Source: an uncultured bacterium (GTDB taxonomy: Bacteria; Zhuqueibacterota; QNDG01; DTFT01). From it: a DNA stretch of 64,000 nucleotides. Of the stretch, positions 28,646-37,902 are shown in pieces. The notes under the pieces were generated by a model, which was given only the letters and a program-made list of their open reading frames with translations, had not been told where the DNA came from and did not search any database. Position numbers and translations under genes: made by a program. Where the stretch lies: positions 128,001-192,000 of the forward strand of contig CAVTNR010000012.1 of the NCBI GenBank assembly GCA_963736115.1, in the 5' to 3' direction. The stretch's first letter is position 1. Each line of letters begins with the position of its first letter.

Positions 28646-29920
28646 TCACTCCGGCGACGGCACGAAAAGCAGCGGCGCATTGAGCCGCTCCACCGTGCGG
28701 CCGAGCCAGGTGTTGAACGCGCCGAGCGTTCGGATGCCGTCCAACTCCTGCTCCCAGCAGCCCGCCAGATAATAGGTCAGCTCCCCGTCTTTGGGCTTGA
28801 GCACGACGACATGGCTGTGCTTGTCCTCCGCCATCTGAATCCGGTCGCCGTTGCGGAAGAATACGGCCAGGCCCAGGCTGTCGCCGGCCAGGCTCTGCCT
28901 GCCCCAGGTCGCCAGATACGACCATCCCCCTTCGGACGGCCCGTTGAGGACGATGGTGCTGTCCATCCGCACGATGCCGGTGCACAGGTTCGGGGGATTC
29001 CCGTCCATCGTAATCGCGTGTTTTGTCAGACGCTCCCCGGCCGCGATGGACAGATCCGACGTCAGCCGGTACTTCTTTCCGCCGATTTTCCAGCCGCTGT
29101 ACAGGGTCCGGATGGAGGATGAAACCGGGCCGTTCGAGGTGATCTCGCAGAACACGCTGTCCGTGACCGCGACGCGTTCCGCTTTCCCGTTCAGCCACAT
29201 GCCGAGGGATCCGAGTCCCAGGGATTCCCCGACTTTCAGCACGTCCTGTCCCCAGCCGGCCATGGCATGATAGGACTCAAAGCCGTCCTGTCCCACATCC
29301 TGAAGGACCATGTCCGGGGTTTTCTTGCCGAACAGATCGATCGCATTCCGCCAGTCCAGATAGAACCGGTACCCGACGCGGTCCGATTCCCAGCCCGGGC
29401 CCTCGTAGCGGATGAAAAAAGAATGGTCGGTATGCTCCTGCGGCACGCTTAGGAAACGGACGTTCTCGAACACCCCGCCCTCGTACACGCGTTTCACGAA
29501 ACGGCCGCCGGTTTTCCTGGACAGTTCAGCCTGGGTCCGTTTGGGATAAGGCCGGTTTTTCACGCCGTCCGCCGCAAAACGGATGACGAATGCCCGCGCC
29601 TCGCCCGCCTTGAAATCGGACAGGAAGAAGAAGCGATCGGTGTGGCCGTCGCCGTTCTCGTCCACGGCCTGGCTGGCCAGCTCCCGTCCGCGGTACAGGA
29701 CAACGGCCGCATCCGGGTTGAACAGCGCGACCGATCCGGGAAGGTCCGCCGGGCTCAAGGACACGATCTCGTCCTTCCGGTCGAATGGGGCCATATTCCG
29801 TACCGTCATGCCGAATGAGAGCGGGTATTCGTTTTGAATCTGTTTCAAGCCTTCGTTGACGCCGCAGGCGCAGATCAAAGCCAGCAGGGCGGCGGTCAGG
29901 AATCCTTTCCGGAATTGCAT
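28646..29920 (-). CDS. DUF4861-family lipoprotein (pectin-locus associated)
   Basis: Lipobox ALICAC; YEGPGWESDRVGYRFYLDWRNAIDLFGK, YH....WG.DVLKVG.SLG. Confidence 0.8.
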   Translation of the reverse strand: MQFRKGFLTAALLALICACGVNEGLKQIQNEYPLSFGMTVRNMAPFDRKDEIVSLSPADLPGSVALFNPDAAVVLYRGRELASQAVDENGDGHTDRFFFLSDFKAGEARAFVIRFAADGVKNRPYPKRTQAELSRKTGGRFVKRVYEGGVFENVRFLSVPQEHTDHSFFIRYEGPGWESDRVGYRFYLDWRNAIDLFGKKTPDMVLQDVGQDGFESYHAMAGWGQDVLKVGESLGLGSLGMWLNGKAERVAVTDSVFCEITSNGPVSSSIRTLYSGWKIGGKKYRLTSDLSIAAGERLTKHAITMDGNPPNLCTGIVRMDSTIVLNGPSEGGWSYLATWGRQSLAGDSLGLAVFFRNGDRIQMAEDKHSHVVVLKPKDGELTYYLAGCWEQELDGIRTLGAFNTWLGRTVERLNAPLLFVPSPE

Positions 29921-30000
29921 GGGTTCTCTCCTTCCGATATCCGATTCGAAATGCAGGTTAACGTAATTTACGATGAAATCCGGAAATAAAAAAAGGAAAC

Positions 30001-30210
30001 AGTAGCCCATGGCTTTAGTAACCCATGGCTTCAGCCATGGGTTAACGGATATTGAATATCTCACCGTAAACCGATTTATCGGTTTCCTGTATAAGGGGAA
30101 ACCGTTGAAACGGTTTTGTGGATGGTTATTTTATTCGTTCGCCACCCTCCCCCACGACTGAAGTCGTGGGCTACCCAGGTCTTGGGCTACCCAGGCCCCG
30201 TGGGCCACCG
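30001..30210. repeat. REPIN/BIME-like cluster of nested palindromes
   Basis: GTAACCCATGGCTTCAGCCATGGG and inverted CCCACGACTGAAGTCGTGGGCTAC flank internal palindromes AAACCGATTTATCGGTTT and AAACCGTTGAAACGGTTT; extra GGGCTACCCAGG duplications. Confidence 0.8.
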
Positions 30211-30235
30211 AGTCGCGGGCAGTCAAGGTCGCGGA

Positions 30236-31561
30236 TTACCGGGGCGGCGGGAGCCTGAACGTCCGCCCGACGGATCGTTCGGCCACCGAGGCCGTTGATC
30301 CGATTAAAGCGCCGTTCTCTACCGTCCATTCGCCAGACGCGTCCCTGAGCCGCAACCCCGAAGCCGATCGGAACGTCAGCCGGCCGGTGTCATTGTACCG
30401 CTGAACGACGATCTCGAAACGCTCATCGGCCCGATTCCGGAGAACCGGCCTGCCCCGAACCGTCATCCGGTCGTCGAATGTCAGGATCAGGGAATCACCG
30501 GAAACGGTCGCGGCCGTCACCTGAACCGGACGGACGGACTCGGGGTCCCACCGTCCGCCGAAAGTCCATGCCGGCGTGACATCTTCGGGCCGGGGTCCGC
30601 CTGCTGCGAAGCCGAGATTGTCCTTCATCCAGGGGAATAGGCCACCGTCTCTGATGCAGGCATGAAAATATACGCGGTCTCCGAAATCGTCCGGATTGTT
30701 CCTGGCGGGGTCGTCATAAACCACCCGGACCACAGGCCGGTCCGCCAGGTTCGTCGTGAGGAACTGCATTTGATCAGGATAGAACTGGGCGTCATAATGC
30801 CGACGGCCCAGAGTAAAAACCGGAGACGCCGTCGAACTCCGAATCCTTGATCACGAGCTTCTGTTCCGGATCCCATGAACCCGCATGCCAGACCGCGGCC
30901 GTCCGCTTCACCTCGAAAAACCGTGAATCGCGTATGAAGCACCAGCCCCTGGGGCAGACCATGTCCACTGCTCCACGGAATTCACAGCGGGCGTGGTAGT
31001 ACAGCCCCTCCTTGTAATTCCACAGCGCCACCGTGTCCCCGCCGCGGCTCAGCAGGCGGCAGTCCGTGAGAAGGGTCCGGGTCCCGCTTCCCATGACCGC
31101 GAATGCGTGCACGGAAGTATCCGGCTGGCTGTTCTCCACCGTGAGCCGGTCGAGAATCACATCATCACCGTTTATGTTCACGACCGCGGGCCCGATCCAG
31201 TCCTTGTTCGCCTCCCAGGCGGGTCTGGGCCGGCTGGACCGGATGACAACTCCGTCCCTGCTTTCGCCGCGCAGATGTGATGTAATTGCGGTCGATGCGC
31301 AGGCTTTCTTCGTACACGCCGTTCCGCAGGAAAATGACCACCCGGCCGTATGATAACATGGGAAGCGCCTCGAGCGCGGCCGTGATGGTCCGGAAATCGC
31401 CCGCGCCACCGTGATCCACGATCAGATCGGCTGTTCCCGAAGAATCCGGACAGGATTCCGGGGAATCCGGACCCGGCCGCAAACCCGTTGAAAGCCAGAA
31501 TCAGCGCCAGGAAAAGGATTCCCGTGGACACGTGCCGGACGGTAACCGCGTGCCCCTGCAT
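30236..31561 (-). CDS. Pectin methylesterase (CE8), interrupted by at least 3 frameshifts (artefact or pseudogene)
   Basis: Successive frames give signal peptide, IVDHGGAGDFRTITAAL..GVYEE, LRGESRD...GGDTV...GAVD.VCPRG, LGRRHYDAQF, NLADRP. Confidence 0.8.
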
Positions 31562-31746
31562 CGCGTCCCGTCCGTTTTACGACGACCCGGACACGACTCC
31601 GGGCCGGTTCGAATGGCGATCGAACCGACCCGGAGCGTTCAGAGGAAAGAGTGTTGGGAGAGGAAATCAATTGTTTTCGCTTTACATGTCCGCCGCCGGA
31701 ACCGGCCGGCCGGACGAAGGCGCCCTTCGCCCTGTGTTTCATCCGG

Positions 31747-33207
31747 TCATTGCTTTTTTCCGTTGATGGTCACGCCGATCAGCTCCAGGCCGGCGACATG
31801 CGCCAGCCGGTTGCCGTTCCGCACGCCGTCGAAATCGCAGTCCTGGATGCGGATATCGGACACGGGCGACCGCTCATACCCTTCCAGCAGAAGGGCGTAA
31901 TTGCTTTTCCGGCTGGACACGCGGCGGACGTCGATGTCGCGGACCACTGGCGTGTGCGGCCCCGCGTCGCCCTCCTCGTAATGAAAATACACCCAGATCA
32001 CCGCGTCGCTGACTTCGCCCACTTCCACGTCCCGCATGCGGACGTGCTCGATGACGCCGCCCCGCACTGAATTGGTCTTGATGCGGAGGGCGCGGTCGAG
32101 GTTCGGGCTGTCCATGCGGCAGTGCTCGACGAATACGTTCCGGCAGCTGCCTGAAATCTCGCTCCCGATCACCACGCCCCCGTGCCCGTCGCGCATCACG
32201 CAGTTGCGGACCACGATGTTCTCGCTGGCCACATTGATGCGGCGTCCGTCCCCGTTCCGGCCCGATTTGATCGCAATGCAGTCGTCGCCCGTGTCGAAGG
32301 TGCATCCCTCGATGAGCACGTTCCTGCAGCTTTCGGGGTTGCACCCGTCGTTGTTGGGCCCATGGCTCACGACGGTCACGCCGCGCACAATCACGTTCTC
32401 GCACAGCACCGGGTGGAGACACCACATCGGCGACCGTTTCACGGTGATGCCTTCGATAAAAACGTTCCGGCACCGGATGAACTGAACGAAATTCGGGCGC
32501 AGGTAATGCCCGCCGCCGAATACCCGTTCCGCGACCGGCGCGCCGGCCTCGCCCATGGCCAGCAGTTCGGCCCGGTCCCGCGCCTGAGAAGGCAGGCCCT
32601 CGCGCCAGCCGTCGTCCCGGCCTCCGGACCAGAACCACCAGGCCGTGGAATCGGCCTGGCCGTCCAGAACGCCCGGGCCGGTGACGGCCACGTCCTCCGC
32701 ATCCGCCGCGTACAGGAACGGCGCGTAATTCATGCATTCAACGCCTTCGAAACGGGTGAACACGGCCGGAAGATAGTCCTCCGGGTCGCGGCTGAAAAGC
32801 AGAACCGCGCCCTTCTCCAGGTGCAGATTGACCCGGCTCCGTAGAACGAGCGGTCCGGTCAGGAAAACGCCCTCCGGCACGACGACCCGGCCCCCGCCCG
32901 CGCCGGCGCAGGCTTCGAGCGCCGCGCGAATGGCCCCGCCGGACTGCGTCCGGCCGTCTCCGGCCGCACCAAACGCGGTGACATTAAAAGTCCGTTCCGG
33001 AAAAACAGGCGGCCGGATCTGCGACAGAATGGCCGGAACTTTCTCCCATCCGTTTTCCGAGGGCACCGGCAGGGTCGCGGTCCGGCAGGCGGCCAGAATT
33101 AAAAGTCCGGAAAGGACCGCGAAACCCGATGCCGTCCGGCCGGCGCGGGCCTGCCGGAGACCGGACTTTCCCGCCACGGCCGCGCGACCCAGTGTCGGTC
33201 TGTTCAT
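31747..33207 (-). CDS. Polygalacturonase GH28
   Basis: NNDG, GDDCIAIKSG, GHGG..IGSE, RIKT motifs. Confidence 0.95.
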   Translation of the reverse strand: MNRPTLGRAAVAGKSGLRQARAGRTASGFAVLSGLLILAACRTATLPVPSENGWEKVPAILSQIRPPVFPERTFNVTAFGAAGDGRTQSGGAIRAALEACAGAGGGRVVVPEGVFLTGPLVLRSRVNLHLEKGAVLLFSRDPEDYLPAVFTRFEGVECMNYAPFLYAADAEDVAVTGPGVLDGQADSTAWWFWSGGRDDGWREGLPSQARDRAELLAMGEAGAPVAERVFGGGHYLRPNFVQFIRCRNVFIEGITVKRSPMWCLHPVLCENVIVRGVTVVSHGPNNDGCNPESCRNVLIEGCTFDTGDDCIAIKSGRNGDGRRINVASENIVVRNCVMRDGHGGVVIGSEISGSCRNVFVEHCRMDSPNLDRALRIKTNSVRGGVIEHVRMRDVEVGEVSDAVIWVYFHYEEGDAGPHTPVVRDIDVRRVSSRKSNYALLLEGYERSPVSDIRIQDCDFDGVRNGNRLAHVAGLELIGVTINGKKQ

Positions 33208-34436
33208 CGGACGGCATTCTCCATTTCAAGACTCGCCAGGATGAAGGGCCCCACGGCCTTCGGGTCATTGGAGCGGATTTTCTCGCCGATGTAATATTCA
33301 TACGAACCGTCCCGGTAGGGGTCGCCCCCCAGTCCGGCGACGGCGCATGCGGAATCGATGCGCACCCAGCCTCTCCGGTCCGTCCGGATGAATCGCTCTA
33401 GAATTCCCTTGTATCCCTTTTCCGCGATGTGCCGGTACGCGGGATGCAGAAGCCCGGTCCGCACGCCCTTGGCCAGGGCGTAGACGAACATGCAGGAGGC
33501 GGAAGATTCCAGATAATTGCCCTTCCGGGTCCCCTGGTCCAGCACCTGGTACCACAGTCCGGTCTCCGGATCCTGCACATTGGTGACCGCCGTGGCCAGC
33601 CGCGTGAACAGGGCGGTCAGTTCCGGCCTCTGCGGATGATCGGCCGGCAGGAAATCAAGGACATCCACCACGGCCATGGCATACCAGCCCATGCTCCGGC
33701 CCCAGAATTGGGAGGACAATCCCGTATTCGGATCCGCCCATCTCTGTTTCCGGCTTTCGTCCCAGCCGTGGTACAACAGCCCTGTTTTCTCCTCGCGGCT
33801 GACTTTTTCCATCAGCAGCACCTGTTTCGCGGCCTCGTCGAACAGCCCGGGCTCGTCGAATTCCGCCCCGTACTGGGCCAGAAACGGAGAGGCCATGTAA
33901 ATGCCGTCGAGCCACATCTGATGCGGGTATTTGTTCTTGTGCCAGAATCCGCCCACCGAGGTCCGGGGATGGCCGGCCATCTGCGAACGGAGCGTGTCCA
34001 GCGCCATGCGGTACTTCTCGTCCCCTGTTTCGCGGTACAGGCGGAAGAGCGGCTTTCCGGGATTGATGCGGTCGATGTTGAATTCGCTTTGACGGTAGGT
34101 ATGAATGGATCCTTTTTCATCGATGAACTGGTCGTAGTAACGCCGGACATATTCGAAATACCGGCCGTCTCCCGTGACGGCCCACGTTTCCAGAACAGCT
34201 TTCAGGACCAGACCGTAGGTGTACTCCCAATAAGGTTTCTTCGGCGATTCCAGATTTGCGGGATCGGGCGAACGGCGGAGAACCGATTCCGTCATCCGGA
34301 CCGACCATGGGAGCGTTTCCGGCACCGGGTTCGATGCCCGGCATGCGGCCAGGAGAGCCGCGCATGCGGCCGCCGCGGCCGCAAGGGCGAAGCCCGCGGT
34401 GTTCAGCCTGAAAATGGTTCGATATCTCGGCGTCAT
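33204..34436 (-). CDS. Unsaturated rhamnogalacturonyl/glucuronyl hydrolase GH105 (YteR-like)
   Basis: WEYTYG, GGFWHK..YP.QMWLDGIYM, YHGWDES, FWGRSMGW, ESSASCM; lipobox. Confidence 0.93.
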   Translation of the reverse strand: MTPRYRTIFRLNTAGFALAAAAAACAALLAACRASNPVPETLPWSVRMTESVLRRSPDPANLESPKKPYWEYTYGLVLKAVLETWAVTGDGRYFEYVRRYYDQFIDEKGSIHTYRQSEFNIDRINPGKPLFRLYRETGDEKYRMALDTLRSQMAGHPRTSVGGFWHKNKYPHQMWLDGIYMASPFLAQYGAEFDEPGLFDEAAKQVLLMEKVSREEKTGLLYHGWDESRKQRWADPNTGLSSQFWGRSMGWYAMAVVDVLDFLPADHPQRPELTALFTRLATAVTNVQDPETGLWYQVLDQGTRKGNYLESSASCMFVYALAKGVRTGLLHPAYRHIAEKGYKGILERFIRTDRRGWVRIDSACAVAGLGGDPYRDGSYEYYIGEKIRSNDPKAVGPFILASLEMENAVR

Positions 34437-34474
34437 ATGCGGAACACTCCCCGGCCGCTGGTTTTTTTTAAGGA

Positions 34475-34511
34475 AGGGGGGACGGGACGGTTGATATCCC
34501 GTCCTCCCTTG
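34475..34511 (-). terminator. Intrinsic terminator after CBM9 protein gene
   Basis: AAGGGGGGACGGGA...TCCCGTCCTCCCTT stem; GC-rich second hairpin 34537-34593. Confidence 0.5.
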
Positions 34512-34605
34512 TGTCTTCTTTGTTCCTGATCGAAACCGGGGGACGGCCCGCAGGCCCGCGGACCTTCGGCCGCCGACCTGCGGGTTTTCCCCGGAGCGAT
34601 GCCCG

Positions 34606-37600
34606 CTACTTGAGCATCACCATTTTCTGCTTCAGAACGGTCGAACCGGCCTTCAGCCTGTAGAAGTAGATGCCGGAGGCGAGGTTCTTGCCGTCGAATT
34701 CTACGGTGTAGAAGCCCGCCGCCTTGCGGCCTTCGGCCAGAACCGCGACTTCACGTCCCATCATGTCATACACGGTCAGGCGGATGTCTGAGGCCTTCGG
34801 AACCGCGTAGGCAATGGTCGTGGTCGGGTTGAAGGGGTTCGGGTAGTTCTGCTCAAGCGCGAACGTTTTCGGCGCCGCCGAACGCTCTTCCACGCCGCTC
34901 CCCTCGCGGTTATAATTGCTCCCGTCGTAGGGAATGACATTGGTCCGTCCGGTGATGGCGTTCGTCGGGTCGAACTCGAGCTTGTGATCCGGCAGGAACT
35001 TGACCGTGCCGTGTAACTTGGGCTGGTTCCACACCGCGTCCAGAAGCTCCGCCGCCCATTCCAGGGAGGCCTGCCGGCCCTTGCTGTCATTGTCATGCTG
35101 GCAGAGGGCCATGCCGAAGATGTTGCCTTCTCCGACCGAAACGGTTTCATTGCCCGTCCCGCTCTTGATGGCCTTCCAGTTCAGGGCCAGTTCGATCACG
35201 TAACCGCCGGTGACCTTGGCCCGGGTCCACTTCTTCAGCGAATCCGGAACCGCGTTCATGGTGTCCGTGCCTGCGATCGTGCCCGTCTTGGCCAGTGCGG
35301 TCATGCGCGTGTCCCACACCGAATTGACCGCGCTGTCCGTGGGCTGGGGATCAAACTTCAGCTCGAGGTTGTCCATTTCCCAGACATTGGTCGTGCCCAG
35401 GGAGGAAACCGTATCGTCCTTCACTTCCTCGTACAGGTAGAACCAGTTATCGTCCCACGCCGTCCAGATCTTCGCGGACAGATCCTTGTCGCCGCCCTTG
35501 GGTTCGCCGTTGTCGCTGTAATTGTAATAGCGGAACTGCAGGTAACCCTCATCCGGTCCGGCCAGCAGGGTGTAGAACGGGTCCTTCTTTCCGTCGATCC
35601 GCATGTAGAACGGGGTGCCGTCGTACGGAACGGCGTTCGACCGCGCGGCGACGTTGTTCTGCGGGATGTACTTCAGCTTGTTGTCCGGCAGGAACTCGAC
35701 CGTGCCCAGATACTTCGGCTGGTTCCACACCGCGTCGGTCAGGGTCGCCGCCCACTGCACGCTCGATTCGCGCGTGCCGGTCATGTTGTCGTTGTCGTGG
35801 GTGTTGAAGGCGAGCCCGAACACGCTGCCGATCACGGGCGTGACGGTTTCGGCATTGGTCGCGCTCACGATGGCGCTCCACTTCACGGCCAGTTCGAGGG
35901 CGTAACCGCCGTCAATCAGCCGGCGCGCGATCTGCTTGTTCTCCGCGGCCATGGTGCCGAAATTGGTGTTGCCGGCAACGCCCTCGGTGAACTGCGCGGT
36001 CAGGTCGAGGCTGACGATGGTGTTGACCGTGCTGTCCGCGGCAATGGGATCGATCTTGATCTCGATGCCGTCGTTGTTGTAGGTGTTGGCGCTGGACGAG
36101 GAGATGGTGTCGTCCATCACTTCCTCGTACACATAGAACCAGGTGTTATCCCAGGCCGTCCAGATCTTCGCGGACAGGTCGGCGTCGCCTTTCGCGGGCG
36201 TGCCGTTGTCGTTGAACGCGTAGGACTTCAGCTGCAGGTACCCGTCGTCGGGGCCTGCCAGGCCGTCATAAAACGCGTCTTTCTGTCCGTCCACCACGAT
36301 GGCGGCCGGCTCGATATCCTGTTCCCACTGTGCCTTCTTCGCGGGGAACCAGTTCAGGTCGCCGACCGGGAATCCGGCCTCGCCGCCCGTGTAGGCCGCG
36401 GCAGCCGTCGGATAGGCGCCGTCCAGCGTGTCGCGGTAGAACTCGATCAGGCGACGGTCGTAGTCATGCTCTGCGACGACGTAATTGGTCTGGTCCTTCA
36501 ACTTGCCGGCCCCGCCCTCGGCGGCGGGCGTTTCATACCACCGCATGAGGTTCGTCATGAGCGCGGGGGCGTTGTTCAGCTCCACGCTCTCTTCCGTGAA
36601 CGCGAAGGCGGCGTTTCCGCCCAGCTTGCCGGTGATGTGGTCCGACAGCTTGTCGCCTTCCGGAAAGCCGTAATCATCCAGGAAATCCTGGCCCGAATCG
36701 CTGATCGCGTAGAAATTGTTGAGAATCGTCCAGTTCGTGACGTCGTTCGGGGCTGAGAAAATCCACGTGATGCGGTTGTTGCCGTTCGCGTAGGTCTCTC
36801 CGGTGTTCGCCCATTCGGCGGCCCGCGTCGCGTCGGTCGAATCCTCGCCGAGCGCGAAGCCGTCGATGAACAGGTTGTTCGTGATCGCGAATTCGGCGCC
36901 CACGTTTCCGAGCGAGAACAGACCGTGGAAACCCATGCCGTTCACGAAGGTATTGTGGTCCACCAGGCCGTAATGGATGAGGCCGGTGCCCTGGGCCGGA
37001 TTCGCGAAGTTGTAGTGCCGGATGGCCCGGTCCTGATAGTTCACGAACGTGTTATTGACCACGATGAACGAGTCGCAGGCCGCTTCGCGAAGGTCGAAAC
37101 CCTTGCCCGCGCCCAGGTTGGACGTGGAAAGAGTGCCCATGTTCGCGAAAACGCAGTTGGTCACCTGCACCTTGACACTGTTGCTGCCCGTGCGCACATG
37201 CTGTCCGTTGATGTTCGACAGCACCATCCCGTCCAGGATGATGGAGGCGCCGGCGCCCGTGGTGTTGATCAGCCCGCCCTGCACGCCGCCGATCCGCTCC
37301 GGCTCGCCTTCGTAGAAGCCGGCGATGCAGAAATTCTCCAGCTGCAGGTTTCCGCCGTTGAGAACGGCGAAGTTGCCCGCGGGCCGGGTCGGACTGGTGC
37401 CGGTGCCGGTTTCCCAGAGGTAGACGACGGGTTTCTCACCCTCGCCCGCAGCGGCGCGGATGTGCAGTTTGCGTCCGGCCGGAACGGTGAAGATGGCGTT
37501 GGCCAGGTAGATCTGGCCGCGCTGGAGCTCATAGACGCGGTCCGCAAGCAGTTCCTGCGTTAGCCACCGTGTCCGCGACGATCTGCCGGTTGGTGTACGA

Positions 37601-37708
37601 TTCCGGCGTGCCGTCATAGGGCACCAGCTGAAGGACGCTCTGCGCGGACAGGGACCCCGCCAGCAGAAAGATCCCGATGACCGCCATTCCTAACTTCTTA
37701 CCCCACAT
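34606..37708 (-). CDS. Secreted protein: N-terminal beta-helix-like domain + two CBM9-like domains + FlgD-Ig/T9SS-like CTD; one frameshift at about 37552
   Basis: Start MWGKKLGM with SD AAGGAGG; removing one base joins VADTVANAG|LLADRVYEL; NNTFVN/HNTFVN/NNLF ladders; duplicated DG.KD.FY...LSAKIWTAWD domain; NYPNPFNPTT. Confidence 0.85.
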
Positions 37709-37902
37709 TGGAACCTCCTTGAATTGGTTACGCGTGAATCGGGCGAACAAGCCCGCTGTTCCCAGTGTTCCGGCCTGATCACCTCCTCGCTTACGCGAAA
37801 GGGCGCGGATGTGCGGTGCGCCGGGCAAGCCGGACGGTCCGGACGGATCCATCATTAAAATCCCCTGGATCCGTCCGGAGCCGTCCGCCCCGGCCTCGGG
37901 GC

